From: Candidatus Latescibacterota bacterium
GTDB taxonomy: Bacteria > Latescibacterota > UBA2968 > UBA8231
Length of the DNA stretch: 64,000 bases
Assembly (NCBI GenBank): GCA_965248265.1
Contig: CBDFJF010000002.1
Coordinates: 2,176,001-2,240,000, forward strand
Reading direction: 5' to 3'
This document shows positions 46,614 through 55,426 of this stretch, in pieces. Positions within the stretch are counted from its first letter, which is position 1, and each line of letters starts with the position of its first letter. Position numbers and translations under genes: made by a program. Under the pieces are notes generated by a model. It ran no database searches. It was given only the letters and a program-made list of their open reading frames with translations, and was not told where the DNA came from.

Positions 46614-48530
46614 CTACCATCCCCCCAGCGGAGAATTGCCCTGGTGACCGGTGACGTAGTCGATGACGAGCCAGGTCCCCGACGTGACGAAGGCCCCCAG
46701 GATCATCCCCATGAAAAGGTACCGGCTGTGGCTGTAAAGATTGCCGCCGCCATACTTCAGCACCACTACCTTGGTGAGCCAGGCGATGAAGACGCTGAAC
46801 CACATGAACCCGGAGGTAAATACAGTTCCGCTGATGGCCAGACCGAGGGGATGAACCGGCCACCAGGTGACGCGCTGCTGGACGAACATCAACAACCACA
46901 TGACGCCGGCGCCGAATCCGGTAAACAGCCAACCTGCCGCCTCCGTCACCGAGGGCGTCTGGATCATGGCGGCGATGTAGGTCAGGGGAAAACTGGAGGA
47001 ATGTTTCCAGAACCAGGGCGACAGGTTGATGCCGCCGCGCGTGTACGACAGGTGGATGACCATCCAACCGGAGGCGCACAGCGTAACGACGACAGCCAGC
47101 ATCATCCCCAAGAACGCCGCTCGCCGCTCTCTGCCGATGAACTCGGAGACCATCCTGAGTCCGTTGGCGGCTGCCGCCATCGGGAACGTGACGATGTCGG
47201 CCGTCCACGGATAGGTGTATGCCAGGCCGGTGAGGCCGGCGCCACCCAGCGTCGACGTGCCGAAGCTCGCCATGACAAAATCGGGAGCGATCAGCGGCGC
47301 TCGCAGCAGGGCGACCCCGGCCTCGACGACGATGCGTGTTATGGCCAGAAACAGCAACAACGCCACGGTGAGAAAAACCGGTACGACGAACAGCGGTATG
47401 CCTGCCGCGTTGAGCCACAAGAGCATGACCGCCAGTCCGGCTAGCAGGCCGAACACGGCGGCCCTGTAAGACAGGATTTCGTCGTCATCCCTCACGCTGT
47501 CGTCACCGGTGAACGCCTTGCGAAGGACATCTCGCAGGTGGGATCGCGCGTTCCACAAGACGAAAAGGGCGAACATCAACATGGCGCCCAGAGCCTGATG
47601 GGTGAGAAAGGGGGAGCTCGGGTTGCTGAACCATCCGAGTCGCTCGCTGGTCTGGAAACCGACGACGTTGAACAACTCCTGTTCCAGCAAGGTCAGCCAA
47701 TAGAAGAGCCAGATTCCCAGCGCGAGAGACTGGTGGATGAAGTAGGAGAAGCCGGTCAACGGGAAGGAAAAGTGCAAGGGGACATTGCGGTCGCGAAAAA
47801 CATCCAGGGACGTGGTGAGGTGAACGCTCGGCACGGACGGGAAGTAGCTGCTCAACCCGTTGAGTGTTCCCACGAGGACCGGCAGGGCAAAACCGACCCA
47901 CATGACGGTGTTGCGGAAAAACCGCGATTCGCCTGAGGCCATGCGCGCCGGACCGACCAGCTCCATCGCCGTGAGCATCATCGGGTAGGCGAGACGCTCG
48001 CGTTCCATCCATTGCCGGCGCACGATCACGACTACACAGATGGACACGAGATAGAGGGCCAGCAGGAACAGGAGCCACCATGAGAGCGACTCGAGCCAAC
48101 CCCCCCAGGGAATCGATTCTCCGAGTGGCATACCTTCGTAGAATCCCCTGATCAATTGCGGGTCGCTCGGCGCTATCCAGGTGGGAATGTGCGGGTGGAT
48201 GAGGGTCTCCCAGTTGTTCTCAGGGGTCGCGTAGTAGAAAGCGCCAGTGATCATCGGCAGCAGATGCTGGACCAGGCCGAACGTCGGAATCGAAGCGGAG
48301 ACGAGCATCATCACGAAGATCAAGGCCAGCTCTTCGCGTTTCAGAGCCAGCTGCCGCGACGCGCGGCGGACGAGCAGGTTGGCCGCCACGAGATAGAAGA
48401 GCAGGAAGAACGCCACCGGGCTGGCGAAGCTGGATGCCATGAAGGTGCCGCGGATGATGTTGCGGGCGTAGGGCGTTCCGGCCCCTATCAGGAGGCTGAG
48501 CAGAGAGCCGATCAGGAGTGCTCTGAGCAT
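46614..48530 (-). CDS. DUF6785/DUF6784-type polytopic membrane protein (putative transporter)
   Basis: GAGGAGG RBS; YYATPENNW, RRQWMERERLAYP, WWPVHPLG, LKYGG; paralog of 35987-37972. Confidence 0.85.
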   Translation of the reverse strand: MLRALLIGSLLSLLIGAGTPYARNIIRGTFMASSFASPVAFFLLFYLVAANLLVRRASRQLALKREELALIFVMMLVSASIPTFGLVQHLLPMITGAFYYATPENNWETLIHPHIPTWIAPSDPQLIRGFYEGMPLGESIPWGGWLESLSWWLLFLLALYLVSICVVVIVRRQWMERERLAYPMMLTAMELVGPARMASGESRFFRNTVMWVGFALPVLVGTLNGLSSYFPSVPSVHLTTSLDVFRDRNVPLHFSFPLTGFSYFIHQSLALGIWLFYWLTLLEQELFNVVGFQTSERLGWFSNPSSPFLTHQALGAMLMFALFVLWNARSHLRDVLRKAFTGDDSVRDDDEILSYRAAVFGLLAGLAVMLLWLNAAGIPLFVVPVFLTVALLLFLAITRIVVEAGVALLRAPLIAPDFVMASFGTSTLGGAGLTGLAYTYPWTADIVTFPMAAAANGLRMVSEFIGRERRAAFLGMMLAVVVTLCASGWMVIHLSYTRGGINLSPWFWKHSSSFPLTYIAAMIQTPSVTEAAGWLFTGFGAGVMWLLMFVQQRVTWWPVHPLGLAISGTVFTSGFMWFSVFIAWLTKVVVLKYGGGNLYSHSRYLFMGMILGAFVTSGTWLVIDYVTGHQGNSPLGGW

Positions 48531-48546
48531 GGGGCTCAGGTCCTCC

Positions 48547-48690
48547 TCACATGATGAATTCGTGCACGTCGTCGAGCCAGGCGAATCCCTCCGCATTGTC
48601 CAACTTGTAGGCTCCACCCATCAAAAAGATCCGATCTTCGGTGGCGGCTGCCGGCATCCAGGCTTTCTTGACCAGCCCCCCTTGCGCGGT
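48547..48690 (-). pseudogene. 3' remnant of a Kelch-repeat-like protein
   Basis: ...AAATEDRIFLMGGAY...WLDDVHEF-stop abutting the RBS of the next gene; no credible N-terminus. Confidence 0.5.
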
Positions 48691-48863
48691 ACCTACTTTG
48701 GTCTCCAAACTTTGGTTACCGGGCTCGAGACCAAGCAAAGGATGCTGGCCGCTCATGACGTTTGCGAACATAACGATAGGCTTGGATGTGGACGAGCGTT
48801 TCTCTCAGGCACGGGGGCGCCCACAACCGCGTCGCGATCATCGAAAACAGGATCAGCTCTGCC

Positions 48864-50270
48864 ATGACGACGACGCTCTTGTTTGACGACCAGAGACTCA
48901 ACCGGCTGCACAACGTGGAGCGAAAGCTCGGACGACCCGAGCGAGTCGAAGATGCGGTCTACCGGGACGAGTACGGCAACACGGCATTCGGCTATCCCTC
49001 GGTGTTCCGGCATGAGGAAAGCGGCATGTGGCGCATGGTGTACCAGACTGCCCTCACAGGCCAGGGCGGGCTGCTGTTTGCCCAGGTCATAGCCGAGAGC
49101 AAGGACGGCCTCGAGTGGCGACCGCTGGACACGACCGCACAGGTCGATCTGCCGGAGCGGCAGGTGCCGCACCAGATTGTGCCGATCCAGGATCAGAAGG
49201 AATGGGCCTCGTGCTTCGTCGACCACCGAGCCGGCGCCGAGGAGCGCATCAAGGCGTTCGAGACTACATTTCCGGAGGGTGTCGCCGGAGGTGGGCTTGC
49301 CTTGTTGCTCGTGTCACCCGACGGCATCCGCTGGACGCCCAAGAGTGATGGCGCCTGGCAGCAACCGACAGGCGATCCCGGCGTCTTTGCATTCTGGAAC
49401 GAGGTGCGTCAGAGTTACGTCATCCACACCCGTCCCGAGGTCCTCGACCGGCGCGTAGCCGCCGTGGAGACCGTGGACTGGCGCAACTACTCGGAGCCGG
49501 AACTCGTCATACATCCGGACGGACTCGATGCGCCCCTGACCGAGCCCTACGGCATGCCGGTGTTTCCGTACGAGGATTACTTCATCGGTTTGCTGTGGCT
49601 GTTCCACACGGTGCCCTGGGACCCGGCGATCCGCCGGTTTCGCGGCGGTCACATGGACTGCCAGCTCGCTTACAGCCTCGACGGCTGGCACTGGCAGCGC
49701 GGACTCCGCGAACCGTTCATCCCCAATGGCGCCCCCGGAGAGCCTGATTCCGGATGCGTCTACCCAGGTTCGGTTGCTGTCCAGGACGATGGCTCTCTCC
49801 TCATCTACGCGTCGGCGTGCACGCACGAGCACGGGGTGCCGCCCGACGGCGCGGGTTCCATCGTCGTCTACCGCTTGCGCCGCGACGGTTTCTGCTTCCT
49901 GGAGAGCGGCGGCGGGGCCGGTCTGGTCGGGATACGACCGGTGTATTGGCGCGGCGGGGAGGTCGAACTGAACGTCTCGTGCCAGGGCGGCCAGGTGCGG
50001 GCGCAGATCACCGATCAGATCGGCACCCCGATCGAGGGCTTCACTTTCGAAGACTGTCAGCCCTTCTCCGGCGACGACACCGCATGGACTCCGGTCTGGC
50101 AGACCGGGAAGAAGCTCGATTCGCTCACGGCTCAGTTCATCCGCGTGGAGATCGAGCTCGACAGTGCCCGCCTGTACGCCGTCCGAGGTGACTATATCAA
50201 AACGCTGCCGAGAGACATCGCCCGCCACAGGCAGTATGGCGACATTCCAGCTGACAGAATCGGTTGGTAG
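48864..50270 (+). CDS. Uncharacterised five-bladed propeller glycosidase-like protein with C-terminal beta-sandwich
   Basis: LLFDD, GYPSVF, AESKDGLEW, YGMPVFPYE, QLAYSLDGWHW, YRLRRDGF; paralog of 61486-62970. Confidence 0.75.
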   Translation: MTTTLLFDDQRLNRLHNVERKLGRPERVEDAVYRDEYGNTAFGYPSVFRHEESGMWRMVYQTALTGQGGLLFAQVIAESKDGLEWRPLDTTAQVDLPERQVPHQIVPIQDQKEWASCFVDHRAGAEERIKAFETTFPEGVAGGGLALLLVSPDGIRWTPKSDGAWQQPTGDPGVFAFWNEVRQSYVIHTRPEVLDRRVAAVETVDWRNYSEPELVIHPDGLDAPLTEPYGMPVFPYEDYFIGLLWLFHTVPWDPAIRRFRGGHMDCQLAYSLDGWHWQRGLREPFIPNGAPGEPDSGCVYPGSVAVQDDGSLLIYASACTHEHGVPPDGAGSIVVYRLRRDGFCFLESGGGAGLVGIRPVYWRGGEVELNVSCQGGQVRAQITDQIGTPIEGFTFEDCQPFSGDDTAWTPVWQTGKKLDSLTAQFIRVEIELDSARLYAVRGDYIKTLPRDIARHRQYGDIPADRIGW

Positions 50271-50309
50271 CCGGAGCGGAGCCATTCGTATTCGTGTGAG
50301 GATCAAAAC

Positions 50310-51248
50310 ATGCTGACAGCTAAAGAGCTACACGACAGGCTGCGTGGTCCCGTCGTTGCCATGACGACTCATTTCATGGACGATTATTCGCTTGACTTAG
50401 ACGCCATGAAGCGGCTGACAGAGTTTTACATCGAGCAGAAGGTTCCCACAGTCATCGTCACTGGTAGTACGGGCGAGTATGGTGCCCTGACGGACGATGA
50501 GCGCCACCGGGTCCAAAAGACCGTCATCGATACGGCCCAGGGTAGCGGCATGACCGTGATCGCGGGTGCTTCGGCCATGGCGTCACTGCAGTGCGTCGAA
50601 CTGACGAAGTATGCCGAAGGCGCCGGTGCCGACGGAGTGATGATCACCCCACCGCTGGCAGCGACCTGCGGTGCCGGCTTCCCCGCGATCCAGCATCATT
50701 ACGATACGGTGACCCGCGCTACCGACATCGGGATCGTCATCTACTTCAGCGGGGCCGTCCTATGGCAGGTGCAGGACGTGATCGCCAACCCCGGGATGAT
50801 GTTGCAGTTGGTGGAATCATGCAACGGACATGCCGGCGGGTTCAAGGATGGCTCGGGGAATTACACGTTTTACCGAAGCCACAGCGGCCTGCTAGCCGGA
50901 AAGGTGGCGACGATGGGCAGCAATGGAATGAGGTACTACCTGTGGGGATTCGATTTCGGTTCGCCCTGCTTTCTGACCGGTCTTGGAAATATCTGGCCGA
51001 AATGGGAAATCGATTTCTACCAGCACCTCGTGGAAGGCCGCCGCGCAGAAGCGTTGAAGATTGTGAAACAGCAAGACATTCCCTATGCCGATGTCACCAT
51101 AGGAACCAAGCGATATTGGTCCTGCGTCAAGGTGCTTCAGGAGATGGTGGGTCTGCCCGGCGGCCCCATGCGGCCACCCCTCATGGATTGCACTCCCGAG
51201 CAACGAGATGCGCTGCGCAAAGTGTGTACCGAGGCCGGTTTGATGTAG
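50310..51248 (+). CDS. Dihydrodipicolinate synthase/N-acetylneuraminate lyase family aldolase
   Basis: GSTGE, GADGVMITPP, IVIY, GFKD, GGPMRPPL. Confidence 0.9.
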   Translation: MLTAKELHDRLRGPVVAMTTHFMDDYSLDLDAMKRLTEFYIEQKVPTVIVTGSTGEYGALTDDERHRVQKTVIDTAQGSGMTVIAGASAMASLQCVELTKYAEGAGADGVMITPPLAATCGAGFPAIQHHYDTVTRATDIGIVIYFSGAVLWQVQDVIANPGMMLQLVESCNGHAGGFKDGSGNYTFYRSHSGLLAGKVATMGSNGMRYYLWGFDFGSPCFLTGLGNIWPKWEIDFYQHLVEGRRAEALKIVKQQDIPYADVTIGTKRYWSCVKVLQEMVGLPGGPMRPPLMDCTPEQRDALRKVCTEAGLM

Positions 51249-51264
51249 CTGCAACGCGAGGGCA

Positions 51265-51397
51265 CCGCAGTGACCGGCGTCGCTGTTGGATGAACGTTGC
51301 TTCAGTTTCCAACAGGCTCAGCAACGTGCCCGAAGGTTTGCCCAAGTCGTGAGATCGCATCCAGCGGAAGCGGGCCTTTCTCAATGTGCACGTCTTC
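51265..51397 (-). repeat. Diverged duplicate of the aldo/keto reductase 3' end and its downstream spacer (55389-55527)
   Basis: EDVHIEKGPLPLDAISRLGQTFGHVAEPVGN versus EDVQIIEKGPLPPAAISRLGQTFGHIAEPVGN, plus the shared 3' non-coding sequence. Confidence 0.9.
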
Positions 51398-51416
51398 TGA
51401 GCTGATAGGACGCCCT

Positions 51417-51488
51417 GCGTTGAGTTTGAAGCGGGTGCTGCATATCGGCTCGTACCAGACCGCCTGGGCGATGCTACACCGGCTGCTC
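51417..51488 (+). mobile_element. IS1595-family transposase fragment
   Basis: ALSLKRVLHIGSYQTAWAMLHRL resembles the ALxLQRxLGLGSYxTAWxxLHxL HTH motif of IS1595/ISXO2 transposases. Confidence 0.7.
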
Positions 51489-51496
51489 GGTGACGG

Positions 51497-51738
51497 ATAG
51501 CAACGATTAGGGACCATTACCGATAGACCAAACCGGCGGTTGAGGGCTGCGTTGGGGCGATCGAGGTGTGGGTGGGATGGTTTGGCGGGGGATGAGTGTC
51601 GTGGTCGGGCGACGACCCTCACCCGCCCCCGCAAGCCCAAAGTACCCATCCCGTCCATCACAAAAGCTCAGATTTTCATTCAACACCAAGCCGCGCGGGC
51701 GATCTTGACTACCTGTAACGGGCCCTTATCGTTCTTAT
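51497..51738. mobile_element. Two IS91-family oriIS ends fused back to back (copies B1 and B2)
   Basis: The left ~120 bp match 54611-54733. The termini are imperfect inverted repeats, ...GGTCCCTAATCGTTGCTAT and ...GGGCCCTTATCGTTCTTAT, each followed by CCGT. Confidence 0.75.
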
Positions 51739-51765
51739 CCGTGATAGTCGAGACGAGCCGTGTAG

Positions 51766-51941
51766 CGGTGGCGGCGGGTCGAGCGGGCTTACAGCTACTG
51801 CGCCAGCAACGACCCTCGTGTCCACTGCGGGTTGGGAGCCGCGACGGTGGTGGACAAGGTCACCGTGTACTGGTCGGACGGCACCACGAGCGAATTCGGA
51901 CCTCTCGAGGTCGACGGACTCACGTCCTCCACCGAGACTAG
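51766..51941 (+). pseudogene. C-terminal ASPIC/UnbV remnant of a CRTAC1-family gene
   Basis: WRRVERAYSYCASNDPRVHCGLGAATVVDKVTVYWSDG in a frame not listed in the ORF track. Confidence 0.8.
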
Positions 51942-52024
51942 GAGCCTGTCCGAGTATTCGCTTTGACAGGCGGCATTACAGAATTCTCAGCGAAACAGGA
52001 GCCACGGCAGCTTCTGAAGCTCTC

Positions 52025-54601
52025 ATGGTATATCTGATATTCTTCATCTCCGGCATCAGCGGTCTCGTGTATCAGGTCATATGGATCCGGCAGTTTGGAT
52101 TGGTCTTCGGCAATACCATCTATTCGTCCTCCATCGTCATCGGCACGTTCATGCTGGGCCTCGGGCTTGGCAGCTATGTAATTGGCTCATTCGCCGACAA
52201 GAAGTACCGCCAGGGCCCCTCGCACGCATTGAAGCTGTACGCGATTTCGGAGGTCTTGATAGCCGGCCTCGGCCTGAGCATAGCCGTTTTGCTGCTCCAT
52301 CTGGAAGGGCTGTCGAGTACGATCACCGCCTACAGCACCGGAGAGCACGGTTGGCACTATGTCACCTTCTCATCCTATCTGATGAGGTATGTCATCGCGG
52401 TTGTCACCGTCTTTCCGATCACCTTTGTGATGGGAGGTACCCTTACCCTTCTCATCCGATTCTTGGTAAGAGCGAATCTCTTAAATGCGGGCTGGCATGT
52501 CGGTCTACTCTATGGATTGAACACGGCGGGTGCGGCTCTGGGTTGTATCCTCGTTGACTTCTTCGCCATCCCCAACTTCGGCCTGTTCAGTGCCCAGGCT
52601 CTCGCCGCCCTGCTCAATCTGATCGCGGCCCTCGGTGCCTTATGGATGTTGAGGATTCAACGGCGTGAGCCTCAAGATGATCCCAGCCGCGATGCTCCAG
52701 GCGAGACTTCGGTCCGCGGCGATCGAAATCGTTCATTCACCTTCGTCGTCGTAGCTATTGTCCTGTCCGGTTTTGCCGCCATGGGAATGGAGATCGTCTG
52801 GTTCCGATTCTTGACCAGCGCTGTCGGACAACTCCGATCCGTATACTCCATAGTGCTCATGGTCGTACTGATCGGAATCTGGATCGGGTCCATGGCTGGA
52901 GGACATCTCACGCGTGTCTTCAAAAGGCCCGCCGATCTGTACATCCTCTCTCAGTTGCTGTTCGCGTTGACCTCTCTGATCGCCTTCTTGATCGTCGACG
53001 GTGGCTCGTACGGATTCGATCAACGACATCTACGGTCATCGACCACCTTGACCCACATCTGGTCTATTCTGCATCCGACATTGGTGTTGATGTTTGTCCC
53101 GTCGGTGTTCATGGGAGTCGCGTTTCCTCTCGCGAATGCTATCGTCCAAGACAGTGAACACCAGGTCGGCCGCAGAGCCGGAGTGCTCTATCTGGCCAAT
53201 ACCCTCGGTGCTCTGGGTGGAAGCATTCTGTCGGGTTTCGCTCTGTTGCCCATGCTGGGGATGAAGTGGAGCATACTGACGCTCCTGACCGTGGCAGCTC
53301 TGGTTGCAATCCCGCTCCTCCTCCTCTCCGACTCGGAAGAGAAAAAGACCACACCGAGCAGAAGACCTCTCAAACCGGCCATGGTGATGCTGTCTGCGAT
53401 GCTGATCGCCGCTCTCGTAAAATGGTGCCTGCTTCCCGCTGACACTCTGCTCAAGAGCTCCGTGGCCAGGGAGGGCAAGTCGTACTTCAAGCATCCCTAC
53501 CTCGTGAAAACGAGCGAGGGCATCCTCGAAACCATCGTTATATTGAATTTGCCGCGCGGTGAAAGAGCCCTGATCACCAATGGACACCTCATGTCCAGTA
53601 CGAACCGGCAAACCCAGCGTTATATGAGGGCCTTTTCACACATTCCCCTGCTGCACCTGAGCGAACCCACGAACGCTCTGGTGATCTGCTTTGGTGTCGG
53701 GAACACGGCCCATGCGGCGGCCCTGCATCCATCCCTGACCAACATTGAGGTGGTCGAACTATCCAAGCATGTTCTCGAGCACGCAGGATACTTCAGGGAG
53801 GCCAATCAAGATGTCCTGAACGATCCCCGGGTTTCGGTATTCGTGAACGACGGGCGACAGCATTTGCGGATGCAGGAGCGTGACAAGTACGACCTCGTTA
53901 CTCTGGAACCCCCGCCGATCAAGCACGCCGGAACCGCTTCACTCTACTCCCGTGAATTTTTCGAGTTGGTCAGAAGTCGCCTCAAGTCCGGAGGATTCCT
54001 GACGCAGTATTTGCCACTGAGCCAACAGCCCGCACCCATCATCAAGTCGATGATCCGCTCCTTCGTCGATGTATTTCCACATACGATTATGCTTTCCGGT
54101 GCCACGAGCGAGTGTATTCTGGTCGGGCGGAAAGATGAAAGAATTGATCTCGAGCCGGCCTCAGTGAGTGCGAGAATAGCTCGAAACCCGAAGCTGCAGC
54201 AGGATCTGAGCAAGATACGGATCAACTCTCTGACTGACATCGCTGGTATGTTCGTAGCGGATTCCGAGTCGCTGTCGGAGGCGGTCGAAGATGTCGCGCC
54301 GGTTACCGACGATTTTCCCATCATGGAGTACGGCACGGCGGGCTCTCATGATCCAGCTCCGCCAATCGACCTGATCAAGACCTGGAGGGCCAAATCGTGG
54401 TGCGCCAGCTGCTATGAAGAAGGGAGTCCAATCCCGGAACTTGCCGACCTGGATATCTATCTCCGGCTGATACAGGCGGTATTCGCAGAAAAGGCGAGAG
54501 ACCCCACATCACCGAGTTATCTGTTGAAGATCGACAGTCCAAACATCATCAGAACCATCGAAAGCCATCCATTCCTGCAATCACTGTTCACCAAGAGATA
54601 G
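52025..54601 (+). CDS. Fused membrane (MFS-like)/spermidine synthase-like protein
   Basis: SGISGLVYQVIW, LYGLNTAGA, LYLANTLG, LVICFGVGNT, VVEL, DGR, YDLV, LYSREFF, TDDFPIMEY. Confidence 0.9.
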   Translation: MVYLIFFISGISGLVYQVIWIRQFGLVFGNTIYSSSIVIGTFMLGLGLGSYVIGSFADKKYRQGPSHALKLYAISEVLIAGLGLSIAVLLLHLEGLSSTITAYSTGEHGWHYVTFSSYLMRYVIAVVTVFPITFVMGGTLTLLIRFLVRANLLNAGWHVGLLYGLNTAGAALGCILVDFFAIPNFGLFSAQALAALLNLIAALGALWMLRIQRREPQDDPSRDAPGETSVRGDRNRSFTFVVVAIVLSGFAAMGMEIVWFRFLTSAVGQLRSVYSIVLMVVLIGIWIGSMAGGHLTRVFKRPADLYILSQLLFALTSLIAFLIVDGGSYGFDQRHLRSSTTLTHIWSILHPTLVLMFVPSVFMGVAFPLANAIVQDSEHQVGRRAGVLYLANTLGALGGSILSGFALLPMLGMKWSILTLLTVAALVAIPLLLLSDSEEKKTTPSRRPLKPAMVMLSAMLIAALVKWCLLPADTLLKSSVAREGKSYFKHPYLVKTSEGILETIVILNLPRGERALITNGHLMSSTNRQTQRYMRAFSHIPLLHLSEPTNALVICFGVGNTAHAAALHPSLTNIEVVELSKHVLEHAGYFREANQDVLNDPRVSVFVNDGRQHLRMQERDKYDLVTLEPPPIKHAGTASLYSREFFELVRSRLKSGGFLTQYLPLSQQPAPIIKSMIRSFVDVFPHTIMLSGATSECILVGRKDERIDLEPASVSARIARNPKLQQDLSKIRINSLTDIAGMFVADSESLSEAVEDVAPVTDDFPIMEYGTAGSHDPAPPIDLIKTWRAKSWCASCYEEGSPIPELADLDIYLRLIQAVFAEKARDPTSPSYLLKIDSPNIIRTIESHPFLQSLFTKR

Positions 54602-54610
54602 CCAAAACGG

Positions 54611-55392
54611 ATAGCAACGATCTCTTTAGGCCATTACCAATAGTCCAAAACGGCGGTTGAGTGCTTGGTTGGTGCGATTGGGGTGTGGGTGGGATGGTTT
54701 GGCGGGGGATGGGTGTCGTGGTCTGGCGACGACGGGCGCCCGGTGGGGAAGGTGGGGGCGGATTTTCTGCGATCTTAGCCGGTTTTGAGGCCGACGGATC
54801 AGAGCTGGACGCAGCCGTGCCCGGGCGCGCGGCCGTCGCATGTGCCGTGGCCTGGATTCAACCGCGCTGAACTCGAGCTTGGTTTGCGGCGGTGATCTCG
54901 GTGGCGCGATGGGTGGCGGTTGATCGGGCAGGACCCACGCCCTGCAGGTATCGACGAATGGAGGCGGGCTCGGTAAGGGCGGCGATGACCCGCATGCGTC
55001 CGCCACAGCGATCGCAGGTGCTGACGTCGATGGAAAAAACCCTCGCCAGCAGGACAGCCCACGCGAGTCTTTGCGGCATGTGGTGGGGGCACGGATCGCG
55101 GTCCTCGCCGCACGGCTCGGGGGGCTCCTGCTGCGGCACGATCTTGTCGCGGTCGCGGGCGCTGGGGGCGAGGATGCCATGATAGCGGATGAGATTGACC
55201 CGGGGTGGAGGCACGAGGGCGGCGAGTTTTTCCAGCAACTCATGGGGCGTGACACCGTGCACGGAGGCGGCGGTGAGGGCGGCCAGCAGGGGCTCCTAGT
55301 CGGCGAGGGGATCGGCCTGGGAATCGTCGAGCAGGCCGCGTTTGGTGCACAGCCGGATGACGCGACGAGCCGTGGTCTCGACGATCTGCCGC
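54611..55392 (-). mobile_element. Degenerate IS91-family element: transposase pseudogene plus oriIS end (copy B3)
   Basis: ELLEKLAALVPPPRVNLIRYHGILAP...WAVLLARVF..D...CxxCGGRMRVIA; internal stop, deletion and frameshift; ends ...ATCGTTGCTAT|CCGT. Confidence 0.9.
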
Positions 55393-55426
55393 AGTGACCG
55401 GCGTCGCTCTTGGATTGAACGCTGCT

